DNA from: Sminthopsis crassicaudata
Lineage: Eukaryota
DNA length: 64,000 nucleotides
Direction of reading: 5' to 3'
Assembly: GCF_048593235.1 (NCBI RefSeq)
Contig: NC_133620.1
Span: 395,775,261-395,839,260, forward strand
Shown: positions 35,540 to 49,479 of the stretch, one piece after another
How the letters are laid out: each line of letters starts with the position of its first letter
Position numbering within the stretch: the first letter of the stretch is position 1
The notes under the pieces: generated by a model
What the model was told of the DNA's origin: nothing
Seen by the model: the letters and a program-made list of their open reading frames with translations, nothing else
Databases searched by the model: none
Made by a program: the position numbers and the translations under genes

Positions 35540-38500
35540 CTGTGGGGATGAAATAACACTTTGAACTTCACATTAATTTTTCAACAAAAAGTCTCTTTAC
35601 CTCAAGGATTATGTTTTCCCTGATATCCACAAAAGAGGGATCAAGTTCCAACCCACATGGCTTACGTATACTTGTGCTCTTCATTAAATTACAACTGGAC
35701 TTTTTTAAGGATTACTTTTTTTTCCCCCACAAACTTAGAGCCTCTAACTAAATAGCATCTTATTATAATATTCTACATCAACACACAGTGAAGATTAAAT
35801 ATTACTCATGAGGCAAGTAAGCTGCAACAAGGAGAACTATATTGATAAATCTACAAAATGACTAAAAAAGTAGTGTTTCCATTTAAAATGTCCTCATATT
35901 CAGTACTTCTGTTGTTTCTATTAATATAACAATTTATTATTCATATTTTAAAGATATTCAGGGATTTGCTATCTCACTACTTTCTTCCATAAAGGTTTAG
36001 TGATTCATACCTCTTCTTAACAAAAAATTCATAGCATTAAATTAAATCTTACCTCTATCCTTAAAGCACATTTCATTTTATTCTTTCTGCTGTATAAGTG
36101 GAAGAATCAGTCATAATTGTCTATTCAATAGTCTTTTGTATACTTATCCTTTTCATTATGTGAGTCCCAATTCTTTTGAATATACCCAGTTCATTTCAGG
36201 GATACTTCATTCTCCCAACCTCCTCTTGTCTTGGCCATTTTATTGCCTCTTTTACAAATATCAGGAAAAACAGAGTAAGAGACACATTTTAGGCCACTGT
36301 TGTAATATACTTCATAATATACTTGCACCATGTTCTACAAATATGACATTTAATAACCTTGCTATAGAACAAAGAATGCTTTATATTTTCCTAAAACATA
36401 GGAAAGAGAAGCTTCTGTTTTTATAAAGCCTCAATTTTTCTGTTCTTTTTTAATTCTCAATCCAGAATATCCAAGAAATTGTGACATTATTTACAGTTGG
36501 GTGTCTACAATGCACCCCAAAGCACAGCTATCAAGCAGTAATCAAGAAATTAAACACTTGTTGGGGACCTCCTGATGCCAATCTCTTCCTCCTGTGCAGG
36601 CACATTCTTTCCTTCTTTCTGTGCCTCAGTTTCTCTCTCAAAGAGGAGGAGCATCTCATCAAAGAAGCTCTGCACAAGCTTGTACCACCTCCACATCATG
36701 TGTGTTATCTAACAGCAAATTTCCAGGGCAAAGAGGGAAGTAATGAAGCATTCAGAACTGAACTCACACAACAACATATTACAAGCCAAATGGGTATAAT
36801 GTTGGTAATAAAGGTAGTGGGTGAACCCAAAAAGAATGAGAATCTATTCCTCATCATTTTGGGATACCAGGTCCTTATTAACTGCATAGTAGGCCTGATA
36901 GAATAATAACACACTAGAAGTTTGTTCAAGAACTCTCCAAGTCTCGGGGCTATGTTTCTTCGTACTACTAGGGCAGGACTCAAATTTCCTTCTACCTAAT
37001 GCCTGTGCCATTAGCATCTATCTGCTTTCCTAGAAGTAATCCACTTTAATTTTCTGTAGATTATTTTAGTTGGGGAAATGTTGTTTTCTTATCAGATGAT
37101 TCATTACCAAGAAAGCTATATAACAAACATATCTTATTAGTTGTTGGATGTCACAGAACTCATTGTCTCATGAGGGGTAGGGAATAATATCTGTTGAGAC
37201 ACAATGTATAAAATTCTTCATTCTATAAAGACACAGAAGCCAAAATCCCTGTTATCTTTATAACATGAGTCAATCATATTTTTAAAAAAGTTTTTCCATA
37301 TAAACAACTCTGTTTTGCTGAGAAATTTCAAGCACTCTCAAGATGTAGAAAGCCTGTAATTTGAACTCTCATAGTCAAAGAGAAGTACAAACAGGTCATA
37401 ATCTTATTAGGCCTCCACAGAAAGCAGCCTTAGAGTCCAACATGGACAGTCCCTCTGATGAGGGGACAGGAAGGAGTCCTGCATTTAGTGTATAAGCCCC
37501 ATAGCGTCTTCTGCTGAAGATTCAAATCACTGCCAACAGGATTCTACGTTACTTATGAATTCAGAGAAGGCAACTTTCTTGTCCTCATAAAAATATTTTT
37601 CTAATTAAGAAAATCCACATGCTACATTATCTGTGGCATTTTCACCTACTGGGACACCAGGCTTCCTACTGATGTCACACGGCTGTGATTTCTTAGCATT
37701 TTATCCCTTTGCTCACCTTCCATCGGGCATCCCTGCAGTGAGGGATAATGCAAAAACATAAAAAGAGCCCTCAAGAGAAGCTGGAGGCAGGAAGAGGTCC
37801 TTCTGCCCTAGCAAGACATTAATTACTGTACTAATGTAGGATTGGAGACTACATGGAATTTAAAATGACTAGCGTGGTTATATCTCCAGGCTTGGATGTT
37901 GTAATGACATATGACCTCAGGAAGAATTATGCACATGTACATATATGAAGTATGTACATACATGTGGATATGGCTGTCCTTAAGATTCAGAGGGATACTT
38001 AATGTGGGCTTGATAGTTAAAAAAAACTAATTGACAAAGATAATGCCAGTGATGATCTTTAGGCAAAATCCCTGGATTGATGAATATAGAAATATTAACT
38101 GCTCTTACTTAGTATCTGGACACATGGAAAACTACCTGGTTTTCTTGATCAATTTAACAAATTGAATTCTATGGCAACAAAAGCCAAACCACCAGATCTC
38201 AAGGAAAATCCCTCAGTACAGTAAAGGTGGCAGGCCATCGATGGATCCAACAACATAATACTTTGTCTTCAAAATCTGTTCAATTAATTAACAACAGTAA
38301 GGACAATTTGGCATGCTGTTGCAGCTGTTTGTCGGAGCTGGAATTTTTGCCTCTCCAACTGCTGGTCCATAATAAAAAAAAATAATTTTATTCTGCATTT
38401 TCAGAGCGAAGCGGTGAATGGGAAGACAATCGCTAACCAGTGGAACTGTTGTGGACTTTTATGAACAAAGCTTCTGTGCCTGCCTCTGCACAGCCAGAAG

Positions 38501-39331
38501 AATTACCCTGGATTTCTACCAGCTCTGTTTTTTAAAGCGGCATGGAGTAAAGATTATGTTACTTGTAATCACAGTTCAATGTTTGTCTGAATCTCCTTCA
38601 GTTGTCCTTTGAGAGAGCCTAAGATAGAGCCAATGATTAGAGTTACAACATCATTTAGTGCACATGCCCATCGACCACAGCACATGCACGGAAGGTAATG
38701 GAAAGGCAATTTACAATGCAGGGGCTGCAGTTAATGAGCAATGAGTCTATTACTCTACAATAGAGAACCAAGAAATAATCTGACAGCCGGTGCCAAGAGC
38801 AGCACTGGCATCTGAGCCAGACGGCTAGCAGGAGCACTACCTGGGCAGACTCAGCATCTCCTTCTCTGCTAAGCAAAAAAGCACAACCAGAGAGGCAATC
38901 ATCTCTTTCTTAACTCAGACTGATACAAAACTTTTCCTGAACCTAATCAACTTGATCTCCTCCATGAATCTCCTGGATAGGAGCCAAGTACCCATCAAGA
39001 TTTGTCAGTTGGACAACGTGAGTCCCATTTCATCCAAGGGGTCTTTGTGTAGTCTCTGGGCCATCTCTGAGCGCCATGTCACAGGAAGGACGCCACATCA
39101 GAAATCTGAGCCTCGTGGCAAGGCCCGTACCTGTCTGGTCAGGCTCGGCCTTGGACGGGCTTACAGGTGGGGGTGGATGCTGAGAAGTCTATCTAAGAAT
39201 TTTAGTTGGGGGGAGGGGGTTTCATGTATCTCACTCTTCTAACTTATAATCTATCTTTCTGAGATTCTAACCAATATTCTTCAAAGATTTTGAGATCTCT
39301 GAGTTTATAATTTATGTTAATATCCAAAATT

Positions 39332-39472
39332 CCCCCCCCAGCCCGGCTGGGGTTAAGTGACTTGCCCAGGGTCACACAGCTAGGAAGTGTTAAGTGTCTG
39401 AGACCAGATCTGAACTCGGGTCCTCCTGAATTCAAGGCTGGTGCTCTATCTACTGCGCCACTTAGCTGCCCC
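39332..39472 (-). mobile_element. WSINE1-type SINE with 11-bp TSD
   Basis: TSD tatccaaaatt at 39321-39331 and 39473-39483. The minus strand starts ggggcagctaagtggcgcagtagatagagcacc. Confidence 0.9.
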
Positions 39473-40686
39473 TATCCAAAATTTCTGAAACACAAATGTA
39501 TAAAATTCAAATTGTCTTCTAGAGATGATTAAAAATGCCTTCTGATGTCAGAGCACTGAATTTGAAGTTGAAGTTGAGCACTGAATTTGAAGTTAGAGGA
39601 ACTGGGAGAGAATTTTGGCTCTCTTACTTGGGATCTGTATAAACTTGGCAAATAACTCTTTTTCATTGTCTATAAAATGAGCAGAAACTAGAAAATCTCT
39701 TAGATTCCTTCCAACTCTAAATCTTACTGTAAAAGGCAGTTGGTTACCATGGTGGATGAGACTTTGGGACTTGAGAGTCAGAAAAATCTGGCTTCAAATT
39801 CTATCTTGGATGCTGTGTGACATTGGGTAAGCCCCTTAATCTCTCTGTCTCCCTTTCTTCATCAATAAAATAGAAATATCTACCTTCAAGAGCTATTGTG
39901 AAATCAACAAATGTACAGCAAATTGAAAATCTTTAAATACTGCGGATCATAAGCAGGAGGGCTGGGCCCAAGCTACCTGGTAAAGCTTTTTCTCTTTCTT
40001 AAAATAGTGTGACATGGCTTTTACATGTGCAAAATAGTCTTACTCTTTGAAAATTCTTTCATTTCCTCAAAGTTTGATTTTTTCTGGACTGATGGTGACA
40101 TCCACATACCCCTGAGAAACAGCAATTGGCAGCAGATAGTAACAGGGATAAAATGAATCTTCCACTAGAGTACATTTATTCAGGGCCTGCTTCTCTTCCA
40201 GATTCATCAGAGAAGACTTCAAGTGTCTTATACAAGGTATCTGAAGCATCACAACAGCTTACAACACATTTACACTGCTGGTTAGAGGTCTGCAGTGTAG
40301 TGCAGCAGCAAATCAGGAGGGGTTAAAAAGTAAGAAAGCATCAGTGACAGATACATTTCAAATTATTTCAGGTTATAATCTTTCATCCTAAACTTTCATC
40401 CTAACTAGACCTCCCTTCCTCTCTCTCCATGTGTGTCTGTCTGGCTGCCTCTCTCACTGTGTGTGTGTGTGTTTGTGTGTGTGTGAATGCTCTCTCCCTT
40501 CTGTTTCTCTATTTATCTTTAATTTTATTTACCACTTTCATTGAAAGACTACATTCTTAAGATAAATAGACTCACCCTGCTGCTGAATTCAGATTTAAAT
40601 ATCTTTATATTGTAAAACATGCTGCTCGATTTCCCCATCCTAGATAGTGCCTTCCTTACTATACTTACTACTTACTATTTACTTAC

Positions 40687-40789
40687 ATTTTTCAGGCGGT
40701 GTTATTGTAATTGTCTGAGCTGTAAATTCTTCATCAAAATATCTGGTGTCTGTCTCAGATGTTACTTGAGGTTTAAAAGGAGGTACCAG
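40687..40789 (-). CDS. AKT3: AKT3 penultimate coding exon (103 bp)
   Basis: Acceptor cttcAG and donor GTAAGT. Translates [34 protein letters not shown] plus 1 nt, the AGC-kinase C-terminal tail with the turn motif. Confidence 0.98.
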
Positions 40790-41099
40790 CTGAAGAAGCA
40801 AAGAAACAAAGTGTCATCAGTGAAGCTAATTACAACAAAGAGCAAGTACCACACAGATATAGTCACTCACCAAATGGTGAGTTAGATGTGGCTGGCAGAG
40901 GGCTATTTGGCTGATTCACTGTATGAGCATGAGACTACTTTAGTTTTCTTGTGCCTCAATTTTTTTGAATTTTTTCAACTCAGAGGAGTTTTGGAGGAAG
41001 CTGCAGAGGAGTAGATACTTTGGCTGTTGTGATAGGAAATGAACTTGAGAGTGGTTTCCTTCTCTCTCCCTAGTTAGGGAGCAGGGTGAAGAGTCAATA

Positions 41100-41102
<3 letters not shown>

Positions 41103-41170
<68 letters not shown>

Positions 41171-41175
41171 TTTTT
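41103..41175 (+). repeat. (AT)~30 microsatellite followed by poly-T
   Basis: Read directly from the sequence. Confidence 0.95.
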
Positions 41176-41284
41176 CCCTAGCACAGAGAGGAGGGAGACA
41201 AATGGAAGGAGGGAGGGAGAGATAAAGGGAGAGAGAAAGAGAGAGAGAGGGAGAGAGGGAGACAGGAAGGGAAAGAGTGTTATT

Positions 41285-41430
41285 CATGTAAGGCCCATCT
41301 TCAAATCCTGTCTCAGATGGTGATTCTGGACAAGTCAATTCACTTTTCCTGGCCTCCATTTCTCATCTATAAAATGAAGGGATGGACTAGATAGAGTATA
41401 AGGTCCTTTTAAGCTTGAAATCTATGAACC
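41285..41430 (+). mobile_element. MIR-type SINE (one of many similar copies, e.g. 4340-4480, 10205-10320, 15865-16010, 26300-26430, 30290-30480)
   Basis: CORE motif ggacaagtca...cctccatttctcatctataaaatgaaggg. Confidence 0.7.
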
Positions 41431-43379
41431 TTTGATTTTTATGCTATCTGGTTGAGTTTCTTAGCAAGAGAAGTATATTTTCATAATAGAACTTCCTCAA
41501 TCTACTGGCAGGAAGTCTTTTTTAATTTCATAAAGCAAATTAACTTGTTTTTTATCTTAATAAGATATATAAGCATAAACATTTCTGCCATGCAACTGTC
41601 TCTGATCAGTATAGGTGGAAAAAAATTCGAGAAGGAACAGAGAAAGAATTTTGGGTAGAGGTTGAGATCATATGCTCTTTCAGCTCCCTTGGCTATTAAA
41701 AAAAAATGATCAATGGAACAACTATCTGTAAAGCTGGTCCTGGTATCCAGATAAAACCTGTTTAAACATCTCCTTTTATTTTAATATAAAAATTGTGATG
41801 TCTTGAGCAGAAAAAATAAAGGAAAGACCATATATAAAGTCATTCATTCATGAGGAAAATAAGGCCTTTTCAGAACAACATTTTTATATGAGAGGGAAAA
41901 GGAATGAGAGTCAAAATTGGTGTGTTTGGTAAAATTTCTCCAAAGCAGAATTCCACATTATATGATCAAATTAGTGTGGGGGCCTTTTGATCAAAAATTG
42001 TCACTGCTAAGATATCAAATTTTATGTGAAACAACAATGTAAATCTACTTAAACTATTCCAATAGACAGTCAATATAATAAAAGGTTTTGGTGGTATTTC
42101 AAAACACATTTTAAAAGTAAACCACAACATTTCAGTTCTTGACAAGCATTTAACTAAGCAATTTTCATTTCCTTTCTCGTTCATCTTTTTTTTTCCCCCT
42201 CAGAACCAAATACACAAATTGTCATTTGAGGCTTGTGGATTCATCTAAGCGCTCTTTTGGGACCTAATCTAATCCTGCTTCTATTTATCAATGGTTAATA
42301 GATACTATAAAATAATGTGGTTGCCCTCTCAGTACCCTATAATCCCCCCACCTAGAATAGGGCCTTCTGCCAGGGACCAAGGCAAACCTACAGAAGCTGT
42401 CAGGACAAATTTCTTTCTAACTGTTCCATCAGAATGATTTGACATGAGAAAGCAACTCAGTAGGTAGAAGGGAAGTGTACCTTCTTCAACATGGAAGCAA
42501 GTTCAACACTGCACACACATGCATGATGCCTTTCAGGGTGCACCTGAGGTAGTCTGTCCATGGCAGTTTAAAGATTAGCCCTGCTTTTAGTCTCTGCTGT
42601 GATAGTTAACTTTCAAATAAATAGTCCCATGCAATGTGAGCTCCTTGAGGACAGAAACTTTCATTTTTGTCTCTATTCCTAGAACTAACAAGTTGCCTGT
42701 TAGATACTATCAGGCTGATTTAAGTTTACAAAGTCTATTACTGCCTGGTAAATGAGATCAATTTTAGCAAACTGAAGTTTTGGGAGGTTAACTCAAGTTG
42801 GCTATCCAATATCTTGACAGACTTGGCACTAAGGGTACTACCAAGGGTGAGGATGGGGAAAGAGTGGGCAAAGTTTACCCCAAATACCCATGAAAAGCAT
42901 CTGATGGCATGGTAAAATGATTCATTTGTGATCAAAAGAAATAAATTTAAAATAAAAATAATGCATTTCTATAGGACTTTGTGATTGCAAAGTGTTATAC
43001 ATTTTGAGTCTGATACCTCATTGAGGAAATATGGGTCTGATCATTTTAAAGACTTGAATAGGTTACATGGATGGTAGGGCCATAATTCAAACCTAGATCT
43101 TGAGACTCTCTATCCAGTGCTTTTTCCATGGTGTACTCTTGCTCATATATGACTATGGATTTAGAATCAAGAGCCTTGCATTCTAAAGTTGGGGCAGCCA
43201 GATGACACAGTGGAGCCCACCACAGGACCTAGGTAGACCTAAGTTCAAATTCTGCTCTAAACATCATCCATATGGCCCTGGGCATGTCATTTAGTCTGCC
43301 TGTCTCCATGCCAATCTAGGGATTCTATACTTTCATCTATTCTATTGTAAATAAGAAGTAACTAGAAGTTTTTGATCAG

Positions 43380-44230
43380 GGCAGTGACATAGTTAGACCA
43401 TGTGCTGGAGAGGTTATTTTGATAGCTTTGGGAGGAGAGGATTAAAGGAGGTGGAGGCAGGAAACAGAAAATCCATATATTAGATTATAGAATACTAAGA
43501 GAAGTAGAGGGCCTAGGTGAAGTGATAACATTTTATGAGGAAAAGGTACATGCAAATTGTTGAAGTAAACCCTAAAGGGCTTGATGACTGGCTGTGGAGA
43601 ATGAGGAAGAGAGAAGATCTCAGGAAAGCTCTAAGGTTTCAAGAATGAATGACCAAAAAGATCAATTTAAAAAAGAAAATTAGAAAAAGAGTGCAAATTG
43701 GGGAGAAGATGAGGTCAGTAGCAGGTATGCACAGGAGAAATGTGCAATAGATAACTGGAAAGGCTAGATTAGAGGTCATAGGAAAGAAAGAGGGAGAGAT
43801 GCCTCAATTGGGAGAACTCAGGTATATTTGCATCTATATCTCTGTCTTTACGGTCAAAGACAGAGGGAGGTTGAGAGCAGAGCTTTGGTGGTCACTCACA
43901 CTGAGAAAGGAGAAGAGGAAGAAGAGGAATCAGAGATTTAGAGCCATTTTACATAGGAGACAGTGGAGGCCAGCAAAGAATGGCAATTCTGCAGGGATGC
44001 ATTCAGACTCCAATTTTAAATCCAGTGTTTTTTTCTACACCTCACATTAGAAGAGGAGGGGACGTGTCTGAGACTAAAGAGGTTGAATCAAGTCATCAGA
44101 GATCAAAACTCTCATTTTCTACAGAAATATCACGGCAAATGAAGACTGAAGAATTTTGTCTCATTATGGCTTTGGAGATGAATTTGGGTTCAGGAGACTC
44201 CAAATTCAAGCAACTGGAAAAGCTAAAAAT
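43380..44230 (-). mobile_element. L2 fragment
   Basis: ttttgatcagggcagtgacatagttagac...cttgatgactggctgtggagaatgagg is purine-rich L2 antisense sequence. Confidence 0.5.
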
Positions 44231-45661
44231 GGACTTGGTGATAGAAATCTTGTCTATAGTGCATATACATCTAACAGCCTGGTTCATTTCAGAAGCATTA
44301 ATTACTTAATTAATTGTCTCATGGTAATGCATTAATCTGTTTAGTAAGAAATAGAAGGGACACTTTCACATTAATAAGATTATGAAGCTTTTAAGTATTG
44401 AAGTACATTATTAGTCAAGTAGTGATTTGGTGGCTTTAAAAAATACGTCAGGAAAAGAAAAAGACAATATACTTTCTTTACACTTAATCCAAATTATCAG
44501 AAATCTGAAATAATTCCATTTTTTCCCTAGCACTATACAAAGAAAATACTATATAAAATGATGACTTAGGTATGGCAAAATTTTGAAATGATTCTCAATT
44601 TAAAGATTTAATTATATTCAGTCACCTTCATGTTAAGTATATTTTCTTTTAGTCAAAGGATTTGGGAATTTCCAACCTATAAACAATATTCAGGTACTCC
44701 TTGATTTCTTTCACAATATATTTTGGAAACTTTAACAAAGATATCATAAATCAAGCCATATTTCTCTTTTCAGTAGGGGGAACACTTTTGATATCCAATG
44801 TGTCATATGCTGATACAAGTGGTTGCTGTAATGGTCAGTTTTCTTTGACTGTTTTTCTCTAAAATGAGAAAAGAATCAGGGTAGAAGCTAAAGAAAAAAC
44901 ATCTATTGGAAAATTAGGCAGTCAGTGAGTCAGTTTGTTTTACTTTAACTGTATTTCTTTGAAATATTTCATCCCAATGGGATTGGGGCTGTTGGAAAGT
45001 GACAATAATAACTTCTTAAAAGCTTCTTTTAGAACTTCTAATAATAAAGCATTTTTTCAATATTTTAATCAAAAGTCTCTGGGCTAATTAATCTCAATTA
45101 GACATGTCTTTATTTTCTTCTTACCTGTCAATTCTGATATAATGTCCTACTTTTTTTTTTAACATAATTTTTATCAAAAGCTTAAGCAGTTTCTAACTAA
45201 TTTCTCCCTGAGTCTATCCAGGCCTTCCCCATGAAATGATTAGAATCCCTGAGTAACTGTTCCTTGAAGTGATCAGACTAAGAGAAGGAAGAGAATTTTT
45301 GGATTATTTCAATTCGTCTTTATAAAGAGAGAAAAGAAAATTCTTAAGAGATCATAGGATTAAATGGTCTGTGAACATAATTCTCTAAAGTTTACTAACA
45401 TTTTAAAACTTGGCATCATTCCTAGGCTATTACCTAAACTCTAATAAATTTTTTTCTAAAATTCTTATGTCTAAAATGCAAAACAGAGAATTATTTTCTA
45501 TAGATTATATCATTTAGGTATCTGGATGAAATAAATCACATATATGGTCAACAATATGTTATCAAGTTAGATATAAGAAGTGTTTTTAATGATAAACTCG
45601 CTCCAAGCCCTATAAAATGGGCAAAAACATATATGACAGATGGACTCAATATACCAGTAAC

Positions 45662-45677
45662 TGTATATGTGTGTATG

Positions 45678-45750
<73 letters not shown>
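45662..45750 (+). repeat. Imperfect (TA)n microsatellite
   Basis: Read directly from the sequence. Confidence 0.9.
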
Positions 45751-46584
45751 CAGTCAACAACCATTTATTAAACAACTTCTTCTATGACCTAGAATTATGA
45801 GTACTAGAGAATCAAAGAAAGGCAAAACATGCTCCTGCCCTGAAGGTGTTCACATTCTAAAGGGAAAGAAAATAAAAAGTGTTAGCAGGGTTCTCAAATC
45901 TAAATTAACCAATGATAAAGCTGATCCATGGAACTTTTGGTACTACATGATCAAAATGCCATTTATAATATTACTTCTATGAGAAAATGCATGCTTATAT
46001 CAGTTGTGAGGGCCTGGAACACATCTTTAATACCACAGTCAGAGCAATGAGAAGGTTCCCACTTCCCTTCTAACTACTCTTTTCTGAGGAAAGATAGGCA
46101 GTAGAATACAAAATATAAGGTCCCAGAGGCTCCCAAAGAGTTTCAGTTTCCAACGGGAATAAGATGAAATATAGGAATGGATTACACAGCATTAGAAGGA
46201 ACAGCAAAAGCTAATTGTGTCCATAGGAAGGATCCATAGGATTTGTGTCCATAGAAGGATCATCAACCAAGTATTACTAAGAGACCTGAGGATTTATTAA
46301 GCAGCACTAAATAATTAAGTGGCAAAACCCAAAGCAGTGAAGTATGGATTATATCTATGTATAAGATCATAGCTCATAGCATCACAGACTTAAAAGCTGG
46401 AATGTCCCTCAAAAATCATCCACTACAATTTATTAATTTTACAAAAAGAAAACTGATGCTCAAAGAGGTGAGTAACTTATTTAAAGGAGCATGGGCAAAA
46501 TTTTAACTCAGATTACCTGTCCCCAAATCCAAGAATCTGTATATTACTGTACATGTTTGGTAACAGATAATGACTATATTTCAT

Positions 46585-46745
46585 TATATCAGTAACCAGA
46601 ATGCCTAGAGAAAGAAAATGGCAAATCACTCTAGTATCTTTGCCAAAAAAAACAAAAAACCAAAACAAACAAAAAAAACCAATCCTCCAAATAGGGTCAT
46701 AAAGAATCAAGCACAACTGAAACAGTTGAATAACAACAACAACAA
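46585..46745 (+). mobile_element. MAR1/RTE 3' tail
   Basis: gaaaatggcaaatcactctagtatctttgccaa...agggtcataaagaatcaagcacaactgaaac...(aac)n tail. Confidence 0.75.
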
Positions 46746-48424
46746 AAAATGGAATGCTGATTCTCTAAATATTACAAGCAAAGGAGAATCTACTATATAT
46801 ACTCCTTTTCAGCAATTATTTTCATATGATGTAAATCTCAACCAAGGTATCTATCCTACAAGTAGCCAAATTTTAAAAAAATCAACATGTATACAACTGT
46901 ACAATCATCACAGATTAAACAACTTTAATGGCAAAGCAAAATACAACAGTATTTTCTTTTGTGGTATTTGTCTTTAGATAACTAATGTTCACTTCATTGT
47001 TGTATTACTGCTGTGACATTAAACTTTATGGAAAAACTTTGCCAGATGGTTGCTTTGAGGAATGTGATTATGCTATCTTTTCTAAAATAGGTAGAGTCCA
47101 AGAGTGGTTGAATAGGCTAATAAGAAAGAAAGAGAGTCTAGAGGTACAGAAGACTTTATATTGTTCTGTTGATGAGGGAATATTAGATTGGAAAAAATAT
47201 CCATTTATAACCTAAATTGTTAAGCTTTAAATTTCTGCTTTTTAAAATATTGCTGCTGGAAGATTATAATTTTAACCAAAACAAATGTTAATTTGAGAAT
47301 TGCTTCTGTGCATTAAAAGAGATTAATATACCACAAGAGGAAAAGATTTCTAATTGGTATGCCAAAATGTGTAATTAAGAATAAGTACTGAATAAAAATC
47401 TACCTTATATTCTGAGATGGACACAAAGCTCAGTATCTAAATACTAGCAGAGACAAATATAATTTAAAGTCTGCCAAACTAGTCCTCTAATTAGTATGCA
47501 TGTATATGTCTTCATTTGTTACTACTACTCTTGGTATCAATTCTGATGACTCCAAAAGGAATTTGATGAAAAATAAAAGTTATTTCCAGCTGGGGAGCAA
47601 ATTTTTCTCTGGGGTTCAATCATTTCAATTAGGTCATACTAATAGTCTAGAAAATGCATTTATGTGGTGGGGGAGACTGGAATATTTCCCAGGGAAATGA
47701 GCAGGTACTTTAGCCCCTTTCAGTAGGATATAGATTTTAGCTCCTTATCAATGTACACATATTCCAACTCAATTATTGGTCTTTTGGTCCCTACAACTTA
47801 AGGAATTGTGTCAGAAATGGCTGGAAGGCAGAGTTACTATTTCTTCTGGGGTGATAACAGGAAAGGCAGGAAATTTGACTATCTCATCTGTCCTAGGGGA
47901 GTACAAGCATTCCCAAATCAATGTATGCAAAAGAGAGTAAAGCTTTCTAAGGCTCTTATAGATTACCTAGGAGATGGCTCTTCTTGGCCCAGAGAGCAAT
48001 CATCTTCAACATAATTTTTCAAACCACAAGGATCAATAAACCAACCAGCAGCAAGTCTTTTAATAAGGAGTCAGAACATATGCTTACCTCTATGGAAAGT
48101 TCTCTAGGCCAAATCCTGTGATGCTAGAATACAGTTAATAAATTATGTCCCCAGTGAAATGAGTGATGGACCAGGGAACTAAAATAAACACTACTTTCTA
48201 ATCCTTAAAACCTAAAAAGTAACATTCCTCTGGAATATTCAATGTAATGATGAAGTCTTAAAAAGTATCAAAATATAAGCAAATAATCAAAGACTCAGTC
48301 AACAATTAGGAAGAATCAAAACATGACTTACACATATATTTCCTATGGAAAAAATGTATTTTTGTAAGCTATTTATTCTTTGTAAATAGTGTTTCAATGA
48401 ATTTTTTGCAAAACATGAAAAGAT

Positions 48425-48880
48425 AGTTTTCAACATTCATTTTTTTTGTAATTCTAACTCAAATTGGAACTGAGCTCCTCTCCCCCCTATATTTTGATAT
48501 AGATTATACACATATAATCAAGTAAACATATTTCTACATCAGTCTTGCTGTGAAAGAAGAAACAGAAAATAGTATAATTTGATCTCTATTCAGACTTTAC
48601 AATTCTTTCTCCGGATGTGCATAGCATTTTCCACCATGAATCTTTTGGAATTGTCTTGGATTGTTGCATTACTGAGAAGAGGTAAGTCAATCATAGTTGA
48701 TCATCACGCAATGATGTTGTTAAACCATGTACAATGTTCTCCTGGTTTTAGTTACTTCACTCAGTTTACATTAAATCTTTCCATGTTTTTCTGAAATCAT
48801 CTGCTCATCATTTCTTAAAGCACAATAGTATTTCCTTACAATCATATACCACAACTTGTTCAGTCATCTCTCAATTGAAT
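48425..48880 (-). mobile_element. Old L1 3' end
   Basis: gttgatcatcac..aatg...ttctcctggttt...ttcactcag...ccatgtttttctgaaatcatctgctcatcatttctta...caatagtattt...taccacaacttgttcag matches the marsupial L1 3' end. Confidence 0.75.
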
Positions 48881-48984
48881 AGTAGTTGTTGTTCATTCTC
48901 AGAGGACCAAAATGATATTATGTTAGAGTCAAGTTAGTGTGTCTGAATGACTGATCAGACAAATCAGATCAGATAAATCACAGA

Positions 48985-49258
48985 GACAATATAAGTAGCT
49001 TTGATTATGTGAAACTGAAAAGTTTCTACAGAAATAAAATCATTACATCCAGAATAAGAAAGGAAGTGCTCAAACAAGGAAAAAATACTTTACATCATAT
49101 TTCCCAGATGAGATATCCAAGTGATAAAAGGATACGAACAGTTCTCAAAAGAAATGTAAAATATTATTATCAATATAAAAGAATATTCCAATTTACTGAT
49201 AAAAAGAGAAATGCCAATTAAAATGAAGTAAGAAAGAAAACAATAATTGAGATGGTCA
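48985..49258 (+). mobile_element. Decayed L1 ORF2 fragment
   Basis: FDYVKLKSFYRNK... motif; continues into ...aaaatgaagtaagaaag...gagatgg. Confidence 0.6.
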
Positions 49259-49259
49259 T

Positions 49260-49400
49260 TGTTTGTTTGTTCTAGAAGAGAACCCTGACATCAGGGAGGT
49301 GACACTATAACATACAAGTGAATTGGATTTAAGTGAGGGAGGGCTGTGCAAGGTCACCTGCCTCACTTTCCACTCCAGAGTCCTCTGGGTCCAGTAACAA
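49260..49400. mobile_element. RTE-related SINE/LINE fragment (a similar piece lies at 48885-48960)
   Basis: gaagagaaccctgacatcagggaggtgac...aagtgaattggatttaagtgagggagggctgtgcaaggtcacc is recalled as a marsupial RTE/MAR-type sequence. Confidence 0.6.
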
Positions 49401-49479
49401 TAATAACTACAAGAAGTTGAGATGATTACAACAATGTAAATACATGACATACAAAACTGGAAAGAAATTGTTATTTTTT

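Noticed and set aside
36481-36983. Overlapping 141-aa and 92-aa ORFs in the AKT3 intron
   Set aside because: Non-ATG start for the longer ORF, no recognisable homology and no splice context.
40940-41359. 139-aa ORF with IYIYIY and SLSL runs
   Set aside because: It is a translation of (AT)n and (GA)n simple repeats plus a MIR.
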